Assembly (NCBI RefSeq): GCF_036321535.1
Contig: NC_087436.1
Location: forward strand, 2,418,001-2,482,000
Origin: Camelus dromedarius
Lineage: Eukaryota
Length of the DNA stretch: 64,000 nucleotides
Direction: 5' to 3'
In this document: in pieces, positions 1 to 12,339 of the stretch
Numbering within the stretch: position 1 is the first letter of the stretch
How the letters are laid out: every line of letters begins with the position of its first letter
Notes under the pieces: generated by a model
Database searches by the model: none
What the model saw: the letters and a program-made list of their open reading frames with translations, nothing else
What the model was told of the DNA's origin: nothing
Position numbers and translations under genes: made by a program

Positions 1-3000
1 TTTCATCTAGCACAAAGGGAATGGGTTGCAGGAGAAACTTTTACTCTGTTTTCTCAGTCTGTTTCCTATTGCCGGTTTGAAGTTCCTGCAGTTTTCACTG
101 TAAAACCGAGTTGGAGCTGGTACCTCCCTATATATATGTATGGAATGGAGTTTGCAACTGAAAAGAAACTTTGTGCTCCCAACAAGCTAGTTGAAGGACG
201 GTTTTCACACACACTTATCTCTCAGAACTGAGCATGTGGAGAGACGTTCGTTCATCAAGCACAAAGGGAACGGGTTGCAGGAGAAACTTATACTCTGGTT
301 TCTCAGTCTGATTCCTCTTGCCGGTTGAAGTTCCTGCAGTTTTCACTGTAAAACCGAGTTGGAGCTAGCACTTCCCCATATATATATATATGGAGTGGAG
401 CTTGCAACTGAAAAGAAACTTTGTGTTCCCAACAAGCTAGGTGAAGGACGGCTTTCACACACACTTATCTCTCAGAACTGAGCATGTTGAGAGACGTTCG
501 TTCATCTAGCACAAAAGGAACGGGTTGCATTAGAAACTTTTACTCTGATTTCTCAGTCTGTTTCCTAGTGCCGGTTTGAAGTTCCTGCAGTTTTCACTGT
601 AAAACCGAGTTGGAGCTAGTACATCCCTATATATATATATGGACTGGAGTTTGCAACTGAAAGTAACATTGTGTTCCCAAGAAGCTAGGTGAAGGACGGC
701 TTTAACACACACTTATCTCTCAGAACTGAGCATGTGGAGAGTCGTTCTTTCATCTAGCACAAAGGGAATGGGTTGCAGGAGAAACTTTTTCTCTGGATTC
801 TCAGTCTGTTTCCTGTTGCCGGTATAAAGATCCTGCAGTTTTCACTGTAAAACCGAGTTGGAGCTTGTATCTCCCCATATATATGTATGGAGTGGAGTTT
901 GCAACTGAAAGGAACTTTGTGTTCCCAAGAAGCTAGGTGAAGGACGGCTTTCACACACACTTATCTCTCAGAAATGAGCATGTGGAGAGACGTTCGTTCA
1001 TCTAGCACAAAGGGAACGGTTTGCAGAAGAAACTTTTACTCTTTTCTCAGTCTGTTTCCTGTTGCCGGTTTGAAGTTTCTGCAGTTTTCACTGTACAACC
1101 GAGTTGGTGCTTGTACCTCCCCATATATATGTATGGAGTGGAGTTTCAAGTGAAAAGAAACTTTGTGTTCCCAAGAGGCTAGGTGAAGGACGGCTTTCAA
1201 ACACACTTATCTCTCAGAACTGAGCATGTGTAGAGAGCTTCGTTCATCTAGCACAAAGGGAAAGGTTTGCAGGAGAAACTATTCTTTGTTTTCTCATTCT
1301 GTTTCCTAGTGCCGGTTTGAAGTTCCTGCAGTTTTCACTGTAAAACCGAGTTGGAGCTAGTACCTCCCCATATATATGTATGGAGTGGAGTTTGCAACTG
1401 AAAAGATACTTTGTGTTCCCAACAAGCTAGGTGAAGGACGGCTTCACACACACTTATCTCACAGAACTGAGCATGTGGAGAGACGTTCGTTCATCTAGCA
1501 AAAAAGGGAACCGGTTGCAGGAGAAATATTTACTCTGGTTTCTCAGTCTGTTTCCTAGTGCCGGTTTGAAGTTCCTGCAGTTTCCACTGTAAAACATAGT
1601 TGGAGCTTGTACCTCCCCATATATATATATGGAGTGGAGTTTGCAAGTGAAAAGAAACTTTGTGTTCCCAACAAGCTAGGTGAAGGACGGCTTTCAAACA
1701 CACTTATCTCTCAGAACTGAGCATGTGGAGAGAAGTTCGTTCATCTAGCAAAAAGGGAACGGGTTGCAGGAGAAACTTTACTCTGGTTTCTAAGTCTGTT
1801 TCCTAGTGCCAGTTTGAAGTTCCTGCAGTTTTCACTGTAAAACCGAGTTGGAGCTGTAACTCCCCATATATAGGTATAGAGTTTAGTATGCAAGTGTAAA
1901 GAAACTTTGTGTTCCCAACAAGCTACGTGAAGGACGGCTTTCACACAAAATTATCTCTCAGAACTCAGCATGTGGAGAGACGTTCGTTCATCTAGTGCAA
2001 AGGGAACGTGTTGCAGGAGAAACTTTTACTCATTTTTCTCAGTCTGTTTCCTAGTGCCGGTTTGAATTTCCTGCAGTTTTCACTGTAAAACCGTGTTTGA
2101 GCTAGTACCTACCCATATATATGTATAGAGTGGAGTTGGCAAGTGAAAAGAAACTTTGGGTTCCCAACAAGCTAGGTGAAAGGACGGATTTCACAGACAC
2201 TTATCTCTCAGAACTGAGCATGTGGAGAGACGTTCGTTCATCTAGCACAAAGGGAACGGGTTGCAGGAGAAACTTTACTCTGGTTTCTCAGTCTGTTTCC
2301 TGTTGCCGGTTTGAAGTACCTGCAGTTTTCACTGTAAAACCGAGTTGGAGCTAGTACGTCCCCATATATATGTATGCAGTGGTGTTTGCAACTGAAAGGA
2401 ACTTTGTGTTCCCAAGAAGCTAGGTGAAGAACGTCTTTCACACACATTTTTTTTTCAGAACTGAGCATGTGGAGAGACGTTCGTTCTTCTAGCACAAAGG
2501 GAACGGGTTGCAGGAGAAACTTTTACTCTGGTTTCTCAGTCTGTTTCCTATTGCCGGTTTGAAGTTCCTGCAGTTTTCACTGTAAAACCGAGTTCGAGCT
2601 AGTACCTCCCCTTATATATGTATGGAGTGGATTTTCAAGTGAAAAGAAACTTTGTGTTCCCAACAAGCTACGTGAAGTACGGTTTTCACACACAATTTTC
2701 TCTCAGAACTGAGCATGTGGAGAGACGTTCGTTCATCTAGCACAAAGGGAACGGGTTGCAGGAGAAACTTTTACTCATTTTTCTCAGTCTGTTTCCTAGT
2801 GCCGGTTTGAAGTTCCTGCATTTTTCACTGTAAAACCGAGTTTGAGCTAGTACCTACCCATATATATGTATAGAGTGGAGTTTGCAAGTGAAAGGATACT
2901 TTGGGTTCCCAACAAGCTAGCTGAAAAGACGGATTTCACAGACACTTATCTCTCAGAACTGAGCATGTGGAGAGACGTTCGTTCATCTAGCACAAAGGGA

Positions 3001-4017
3001 ACGGGTTGCAGGAGAAACTTTTTTGGGGTTTCTCAGTCTGTTTCCTGTTGCCGGTTTGAAGTACCTGCAGTTTTCACTGTAAAACCGAGTTGGAGCTAGT
3101 ACCTCCCCATATATATGTATGGATTGAAGTTTGCAAGTGAAAAGAATCTTTGTGTTCCCAACAAGATAGGTTAAGGACGACATTCACACACACTTATCTC
3201 TCAGAACTGAGCATTTTGAGAGTCGTTCTTTCATCTAGCACAAAGCGAACGGGTTGCATTAGAAAATTTAACTCTGGTTTCTCAGTCTGTTTCCTAGTGC
3301 CGGTTTGAAGTTCCTGCAGTTTTCACTGTAAAACCGAGTTGGAGCTAGTACATCCCTATATATATGTATGGAGTGGAGTTAGCTACTGAAAGTAACATTG
3401 TGTTCCCAAGAATCTAGGTGAAGGACGGCTTTAACACACACTTATCTCTCAGAACTGAGCATGTGGAGAGACGTTCGTTCATTTAGCAAAAATGGAACGG
3501 GTTGCAGGAGAAACTTTTACTCTGATTTCTCAGTCTGTTTCCTAGTGCCGGTTTGAAGTTCCTGCAGTTTTCACTGTTAAACCGAGTTGGAGCTTGTACC
3601 TTCCCATATATATGTATGGAGTGGAGATTGCAACTGAAAGGAACTTTGTGTTCCCAAGAAGCTAGGTGAAGTACGGCTTTCACACACACTTATCTCTCAG
3701 AACTGAGCATGTGGAGAGACGTTCGTTCATCTAGCAAAAGTGAACGGGTTGCAGGAGAAACTTTTACTCTGGTTTCTCAGTCTGTTTCCTAGTGCCGGTT
3801 TGAAGTTCCTGCAGATTTCACTGTAAAACCGAGTTGGAGCTCGAACCTCCGCATATATATTTATGGAGTGGAGTTTGCAACTGAAAAGAAACTTTGTTCC
3901 CAACAAGCTAGGTGAAGGACGGCTTTCAAACACACATATCTCTCAGAACTGAGCATGTGGAGAGATGTTCGTTCATCTAGCACAAAGGGAACGGGTAGCA
4001 GGAGAAACTTTTACTCT

Positions 4018-7000
4018 GGTTTCTCAGTCTGTTTCCTAGTGCCGGTATGAATTTCCTGCAGTTTTCACTGTAAAACAGAGTTGGAGCTAGTACCTCCCCA
4101 TATATATGTATGGAGTGGAAATTGCAACTGAAAAGAAACTTTGTGTTCCCAACAAGCTATGTGAAAGACGGCTTTCACACACACTTATCTCTCAGAACTG
4201 AGCATGTGGAGAGACGTTCGTTCATCTAGCAAAAAGGGAACGGATTGCAGGAGAAACTTTTACTCTGGTTTCTCAGTCTGTTTCCTAGAGCCGGTTTGAA
4301 GTTCCTGCAGTTTTCACTGTAAAACCGAGTTGGAGCTAGTACCTCCCCATATATATGTATGGAGTCGAGATTGCAACTGAAAAGAAACTTTGTGTTCCCA
4401 ACAAGCTAGGTGAAGGACGGCTTTCACACACACTTATCTCTCAGAACTGAGCATGTGGAGAGACGTTCGTTCATCTAGCACAAAGGGAACGGGTTTCAGG
4501 AGAAACTTTTACTCTGGTTTCTCAGTCTGATTCCTAGTGCCAGTTTGATGTTCCTGCAGTTTTCAATGTAAAACCGAGTTGGAGCTAGTACCTATCCATA
4601 TATATGTATGGAGTGAAGTATGCAACTGAATGGATCTTTGTGTTCACAGGAAGCTAGGTGAAGGACGGCTTTCACACACAATTTTCTCTCAGAACTGAGC
4701 CTGTGGAGAGACGTTCGTTCATCTACCACAAAGGGAACGGGTGGCAGGAGAAACATTTACTCTGGATTCTCAGTCTGTTTCCTACTGCCGTTTTGATGTT
4801 CCTGCAGTTTTCACTGTAAAACCGTGTTGGAGCTAGTACATCCCCATATATATGTATGGATTGGAGTTTGCAACTGAAAAGAAACTTTGTGTTCCCAACA
4901 ATATATGTGAAGGACGGCTTTCACACACACTTATCTCTCAGAACTGGGCAAGTGGAAAGACGTTCGGTCATCTAGCACAAAGGGAATGGGTTGCAGGAGA
5001 AACTTTTTCTCTGGTTTCTCAGTCTGTTTCCTGTTGCCGGTATAAAGATGCTGCAGTTATCACTGTAAAACCGATTTGGAGCTTGTACCTCCCCATATAT
5101 ATTTATGGAGTGGAGTTTGCAACTGAAAAGAAAGTTTGTGTTCCCAACAAGCTAGGTGAAGGACAGCTTTCACACACACATATCTCTCAGAACTGAGCAT
5201 GCTGAGAGACGTTCGTTCATTTAGCAAAAATAAAACGGTTTGCAGGAGAAACTTTTACTCTGGATTCTCAATCTGTTTAATAGTGCCGGTTTAAATTTCC
5301 TGCAGTTTTCACTGTAAAAACGATTTGGAGCTAGTACCTCCCCATATAAATGTATGGAGTGGAGCTTGCAAGTGAAAAGAAACTTTGTGTTCCCAACAAG
5401 CTAGGTGAAGGACGGCTTTAACACACACTTTTCTCTCAGAAATTAGCATGTGGAGAGACTTTCGTTCACCTAGCACAAAGGGAAAGGGTTGCAGGAGAAA
5501 CTTTAACTCTGGTTTGTCAGTCGGTTTCCTAGTGCCGGTTTGAAGTTCCTGCAGTTTTCACTGTAAAATCGAGTTGGAGCTAGTACATCCCCATATATAT
5601 GTATGGAGTGTAGTTTGCAACAGAAAAGAATCTTTGTGTTCCCAACAAGCTAGGTGAAGGACGGCTTTCACACACACTTATCTCTCAGAACTGAGCATGT
5701 GGAGAGACGTTCGTTCATCTAGCACAAAGGGAACGGGTTGCTGGAAAAACTTTTACTCTGGTTTCTCAGTCTGTTTCCTAGTGCCGGTTTGAAGTTCCTG
5801 CAGTTTTCACTGTAAAACAGAGTTGGAGCTAGTACCTCCCCATATATATATATGGAGTGGAGTTTGCAAGTGAAAAGAAACTTTGTGTTCCCAAGAAGCT
5901 AGGTGAAGGACGGCTTTCACACACACTTATCTCTCAGAACTGAGCATGTGGAGAGACGTTCGTTCATCTAGCACAAAGGGAACGGGTGGCAGGAGAAACT
6001 TTTACTGTGGTTTCTCAGTCTGTTTCCTAGTGCCGGTATGAATTTCCTGCAGTTTTCACTGTAAAACAGAGTTGGAGCTAGTACCTCCCCATATATATGT
6101 ATGGAGTGGAAATTGCAACTGAAAAGAAACTTTGTGTTCCCAACAAGCTATGTGAAAGACGGCTTTCACACACACTTATCTCTCAGAACTGAGCATGTGG
6201 AGAGACGTTCGTTCATCTAGCAAAAAGGGAACGGATTGCAGGAGAAACTTTTACTCTGGTTTCTCAGTCTGTTTCCTAGAGCCGGTTTGAAGTTCCTGCA
6301 GTTTTCACTGTAAAACCGAGTTGGAGCTAGTACCTCCCCATATATATGTATGGAGTCGAGATTGCAACTGAAAAGAAACTTTGTGTTCCCAACAAGCTAG
6401 GTGAAGGACGGCTTTCACACACACTTATCTCTCAGAACTGAGCATGTGGAGAGACGTTCGTTCATCTAGCACAAAGGGAACGGGTTTCAGGAGAAACTTT
6501 TACTCTGGTTTCTCAGTCTGATTCCTAGTGCCAGTTTGATGTTCCTGCAGTTTTCAATGTAAAACCGAGTTGGAGCTAGTACCTATCCATATATATGTAT
6601 GGAGTGAAGTATGCAACTGAATGGATCTTTGTGTTCACAGGAAGCTAGGTGAAGGACGGCTTTCACACACAATTTTCTCTCAGAACTGAGCCTGTGGAGA
6701 GACGTTCGTTCATCTACCACAAAGGGAACGGGTGGCAGGAGAAACATTTACTCTGGATTCTCAGTCTGTTTCCTACTGCCGTTTTGATGTTCCTGCAGTT
6801 TTCACTGTAAAACCGTGTTGGAGCTAGTACATCCCCATATATATGTATGGATTGGAGTTTGCAACTGAAAAGAAACTTTGTGTTCCCAACAATATATGTG
6901 AAGGACGGCTTTCACACACACTTATCTCTCAGAACTGGGCAAGTGGAAAGACGTTCGGTCATCTAGCACAAAGGGAATGGGTTGCAGGAGAAACTTTTTC

Positions 7001-8039
7001 TCTGGTTTCTCAGTCTGTTTCCTGTTGCCGGTATAAAGATGCTGCAGTTATCACTGTAAAACCGATTTGGAGCTTGTACCTCCCCATATATATTTATGGA
7101 GTGGAGTTTGCAACTGAAAAGAAAGTTTGTGTTCCCAACAAGCTAGGTGAAGGACAGCTTTCACACACACATATCTCTCAGAACTGAGCATGCTGAGAGA
7201 CGTTCGTTCATTTAGCAAAAATAAAACGGTTTGCAGGAGAAACTTTTACTCTGGATTCTCAATCTGTTTAATAGTGCCGGTTTAAATTTCCTGCAGTTTT
7301 CACTGTAAAAACGATTTGGAGCTAGTACCTCCCCATATAAATGTATGGAGTGGAGCTTGCAAGTGAAAAGAAACTTTGTGTTCCCAACAAGCTAGGTGAA
7401 GGACGGCTTTAACACACACTTTTCTCTCAGAAATTAGCATGTGGAGAGACTTTCGTTCACCTAGCACAAAGGGAAAGGGTTGCAGGAGAAACTTTAACTC
7501 TGGTTTGTCAGTCGGTTTCCTAGTGCCGGTTTGAAGTTCCTGCAGTTTTCACTGTAAAATCGAGTTGGAGCTAGTACATCCCCATATATATGTATGGAGT
7601 GTAGTTTGCAACAGAAAAGAATCTTTGTGTTCCCAACAAGCTAGGTGAAGGACGGCTTTCACACACACTTATCTCTCAGAACTGAGCATGTGGAGAGACG
7701 TTCGTTCATCTAGCACAAAGGGAACGGGTTGCTGGAAAAACTTTTACTCTGGTTTCTCAGTCTGTTTCCTAGTGCCGGTTTGAAGTTCCTGCAGTTTTCA
7801 CTGTAAAACAGAGTTGGAGCTAGTACCTCCCCATATATATATATGGAGTGGAGTTTGCAAGTGAAAAGAAACTTTGTGTTCCCAAGAAGCTAGGTGAAGG
7901 ACGGCTTTCACACACACTTATCTCTCAGAACTGAGCATGTGGAGAGACGTTCGTTCATCTAGCACAAAGGGAACGGGTGGCAGGAGAAACTTTTACTGTG
8001 GTTTCTCAGTCTGTTTCCTAGTGCCGGTATGAATTTCCT
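4018..8039. repeat. 8-monomer tandem duplication (period 1991 bp), two essentially identical copies
   Basis: Identical 114-aa ORFs at 4852 and 6843 (difference 1991). Private variants (GAGTCGAGATTG, TGAAGTATGCAACTGAATGGATC, GCAAAAATAAAACGG, GGTTTGTCAGTCGG) repeat in the same order. Confidence 0.93.
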
Positions 8040-9961
8040 TCAGGTTTCACTGTAAAACAGAGTTGGAGCTAGTACCTCCCCATATATATGTATGGAGTGG
8101 AAATTGCAACTGAAAAGAAACTTTGTGTTCCCAACAAGCTATGTGAAAGACGGCTTTCACACACACTTATCTCTCAGAACTGAGCATGTGGAGAGACGTT
8201 CGTTCATCTTGCAAAAAGGGAACGGATTGCAGGAGAAACTTTTACTCTGGTTTCTCAGTCTGTTTCCTAGTGCCGGTTTGAAGTTCCTGCAGTTTTCACT
8301 GTAAAACCGAGTTGGAGCTAGTACCTCCCCTTATATATGTAAGGAGTGGAGATTGCAACTGAAAAGAAACTTTGTGTTCCCAACAAGCTAGGTGAAGGAC
8401 GGCTTTCACACACACTTATCTCTCAGAACTAAGCATGTGGAGAGACGTTCGTTCATCTAGCAAAAAGGGAACGGGTTGCAGGAGAAACTTTTACTCTGGT
8501 TTCTCAGTCTGTTTCCTAGTGCCGGTTTGAAGTTCCTGCTTTTTTCACTGTAAAAACCCTTTGGAGCTAGTACATACCCATATATATGTATGGAGTGGAG
8601 TTTGAAACTGAAAAGAATCTTTGTGTTCCCAAGAAACTAAGTGAAGGACGGCTTTCAAATACACTTATCTCTCAGAACTGAGCATGTGGAGAGACTTTCG
8701 TTCATCTAGCACAATGGGAATGGGATGCAGGAGAATATTTTACTCTTGTTTCTCAGTATGTTTCCTAGTGCCGGTTTGAAGTTCCTGCAGTTTTCACTGT
8801 AAAACCGAGTTGGGGCTACTTCCTCCCCATATATATGTATGGAGTGGAGTTTGCAACTGAAAAGAACCTTTGTGTTCCCAACAAGATAGCTGAAGGACGG
8901 CTTTCACACACACTTATCTCTCAGAACTGAGCATGTGAAGAGACTTTCGTTCATCTAGCACAAAGGGAACGGGTGGCAGGAGAAACTTTTACTGTGGTTT
9001 CTCAGTCTGTTTCCTAGTGCCGGTATGAATTTCCTTCAGGTTTCACTGTAAAACAGAGTTGGAGCTAGTACCTCCCCATATATATGTATGGAGTGGAAAT
9101 TGCAACTGAAAAGAAACTTTGTGTTCCCAACAAGCTATGTGAAAGACGGCTTTCACACACACTTATCTCTCAGAACTGAGCATGTGGAGAGACGTTCGTT
9201 CATCTTGCAAAAAGGGAACGGATTGCAGGAGAAACTTTTACTCTGGTTTCTCAGTCTGTTTCCTAGTGCCGGTTTGAAGTTCCTGCAGTTTTCACTGTAA
9301 AACCGAGTTGGAGCTAGTACCTCCCCTTATATATGTAAGGAGTGGAGATTGCAACTGAAAAGAAACTTTGTGTTCCCAACAAGCTAGGTGAAGGACGGCT
9401 TTCACACACACTTATCTCTCAGAACTAAGCATGTGGAGAGACGTTCGTTCATCTAGCAAAAAGGGAACGGGTTGCAGGAGAAACTTTTACTCTGGTTTCT
9501 CAGTCTGTTTCCTAGTGCCGGTTTGAAGTTCCTGCTTTTTTCACTGTAAAAACCCTTTGGAGCTAGTACATACCCATATATATGTATGGAGTGGAGTTTG
9601 AAACTGAAAAGAATCTTTGTGTTCCCAAGAAACTAAGTGAAGGACGGCTTTCAAATACACTTATCTCTCAGAACTGAGCATGTGGAGAGACTTTCGTTCA
9701 TCTAGCACAATGGGAATGGGATGCAGGAGAATATTTTACTCTTGTTTCTCAGTATGTTTCCTAGTGCCGGTTTGAAGTTCCTGCAGTTTTCACTGTAAAA
9801 CCGAGTTGGGGCTACTTCCTCCCCATATATATGTATGGAGTGGAGTTTGCAACTGAAAAGAACCTTTGTGTTCCCAACAAGATAGCTGAAGGACGGCTTT
9901 CACACACACTTATCTCTCAGAACTGAGCATGTGAAGAGACTTTCGTTCATCTAGCACAAAG
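7950..9961. repeat. 4-monomer tandem duplication (period 996 bp)
   Basis: Identical ORFs at 8092 and 9088. Variants TTCCTTCAGG, CATCTTGC, ATGTAAGG, AAAAACCCTTTGG and GGGAATGGGATGC are repeated. Confidence 0.93.
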
Positions 9962-12311
9962 TGAACGGGTTGCAGGAGAAACTTTTACTCTGGATTCTCA
10001 GTCTGATTCCTAGTGCCGGTTTGATGTTCCTGCAGTTTTCAATGTAAAACCGAGTTGAAGCTAGTACCTACCCATATATATGTATGGAGTGGAGTTTGCA
10101 ACTGAAAGGAATTTTGTGTTCCCAAGAGCTAGGTGAAGAACGGCTTTCACACACACTTATCTCTCAGAACTGAGCATGTGGAATGACGTCCGTTCATCTA
10201 GCACAAAAGTAACGGGTTGCAGGAGAAACTTTTACTCTGGTTTCTCAGCATGTTTCCTAGTGCCGGTTTGAAGTTCCTGCAGTTTTCACCGTAAAACCGA
10301 GTAGGAGCTAGTACCTCCCCATATAAATGTATGGAGTGGAGCTTGCAAGTGAAAAGAAACTTTGTGTTCCCAACAAGCTAGGTGAAGGACGGCTTTAACA
10401 CACACTTTTCTCTCAGAAATTAGCATGTGGAGAGACTTTCGTTCACCTAGCACAAAGGGAAAGGGTTGCAGGAGAAACTTTAACTCTGGTTTGTCAGTCG
10501 GTTTCCTAGTGCCGGTTTGAAGTTCCTGCAGTTTTCACTGTAAAATCGAGTTGGAGCTAGTACATCCCCATATATATGTATGGAGTGTAGTTTGCAACAG
10601 AAAAGAATCTTTGTGTTCCCAACAAGCTAGGTGAAGGACGGCTTTCACACACACTTATCTCTCAGAACTGAGCATGTGGAGAGACGTTCGTTCATCTAGC
10701 ACAAAGGGAACGGGTTGCTGGAAAAACTTTTACTCTGGTTTCTCAGTCTGTTTCCTAGTGCCGGTTTGAAGTTCCTGCAGTTTTCACTGTAAAACAGAGT
10801 TGGAGCTAGTACCTCCCCATATATATATATGGAGTGGAGTTTGCAAGTGAAAAGAAACTTTGTGTTCCCAAGAAGCTAGGTGAAGGACGGCTTTCACACA
10901 CACTTATCTCTCAGAACTGAGCATGTGGAGAGACGTTCGTTCATCTAGCACAAAGGGAACGGGTGGCAGGAGAAACTTTTACTGTGGTTTCTCAGTCTGT
11001 TTCCTAGTGCCGGTATGAATTTCCTTCAGGTTTCACTGTAAAACAGAGTTGGAGCTAGTACCTCCCCATATATATGTATGGAGTGGAAATTGCAACTGAA
11101 AAGAAACTTTGTGTTCCCAACAAGCTATGTGAAAGACGGCTTTCACACACACTTATCTCTCAGAACTGAGCATGTGGAGAGACGTTCGTTCATCTTGCAA
11201 AAAGGGAACGGATTGCAGGAGAAACTTTTACTCTGGTTTCTCAGTCTGTTTCCTAGTGCCGGTTTGAAGTTCCTGCAGTTTTCACTGTAAAACCGAGTTG
11301 GAGCTAGTACCTCCCCTTATATATGTAAGGAGTGGAGATTGCAACTGAAAAGAAACTTTGTGTTCCCAACAAGCTAGGTGAAGGACGGCTTTCACACACA
11401 CTTATCTCTCAGAACTAAGCATGTGGAGAGACGTTCGTTCATCTAGCAAAAAGGGAACGGGTTGCAGGAGAAACTTTTACTCTGGTTTCTCAGTCTGTTT
11501 CCTAGTGCCGGTTTGAAGTTCCTGCTTTTTTCACTGTAAAAACCCTTTGGAGCTAGTACATACCCATATATATGTATGGAGTGGAGTTTGAAACTGAAAA
11601 GAATCTTTGTGTTCCCAAGAAACTAAGTGAAGGACGGCTTTCAAATACACTTATCTCTCAGAACTGAGCATGTGGAGAGACTTTCGTTCATCTAGCACAA
11701 TGGGAATGGGATGCAGGAGAATATTTTACTCTTGTTTCTCAGTATGTTTCCTAGTGCCGGTTTGAAGTTCCTGCAGTTTTCACTGTAAAACCGAGTTGGG
11801 GCTACTTCCTCCCCATATATATGTATGGAGTGGAGTTTGCAACTGAAAAGAACCTTTGTGTTCCCAACAAGATAGCTGAAGGACGGCTTTCACACACACT
11901 TATCTCTCAGAACTGAGCATGTGAAGAGACTTTCGTTCATCTAGCACAAAGTGAACGGGTTGCAGGAGAAACTTTTACTCTGGATTCTCAGTCTGATTCC
12001 TAGTGCCGGTTTGATGTTCCTGCAGTTTTCAATGTAAAACCGAGTTGAAGCTAGTACCTACCCATATATATGTATGGAGTGGAGTTTGCAACTGAAAGGA
12101 ATTTTGTGTTCCCAAGAGCTAGGTGAAGAACGGCTTTCACACACACTTATCTCTCAGAACTGAGCATGTGGAATGACGTCCGTTCATCTAGCACAAAAGT
12201 AACGGGTTGCAGGAGAAACTTTTACTCTGGTTTCTCAGCATGTTTCCTAGTGCCGGTTTGAAGTTCCTGCAGTTTTCACCGTAAAACCGAGTAGGAGCTA
12301 GTACCTCCCCA
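8946..12311. repeat. Block duplication at 8-monomer spacing (period 1990 bp); ~8946-10321 repeated at ~10936-12311
   Basis: Identical ORFs at 9088 and 11078. GAATGACGTCCG occurs at 10181 and 12171. The intervening ~10320-10935 matches ~7335-7950. Confidence 0.88.
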
Positions 12312-12339
12312 TATATATGTATGGAGTGGAGATTGCAAC

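Noticed and set aside
4466..4493. Possible CENP-B box (TTCG ... CGGG in GTTCGTTCATCTAGCACAAAGGGAACGGG)
   Set aside because: The canonical box is TTCG-N4-A-N2-CGGG (7 bp between the tetramers). Here they are 20 bp apart and the required A is absent. I saw no match on the reverse strand either.
5461..5474. Variants that perfect the hairpin (TTCACCTAGC here and at ~17893; GCTAGATGAA at ~57088) as evidence of intramolecular arm correction
   Set aside because: These are a few single transitions among very many variants and cannot be distinguished from chance without counting.
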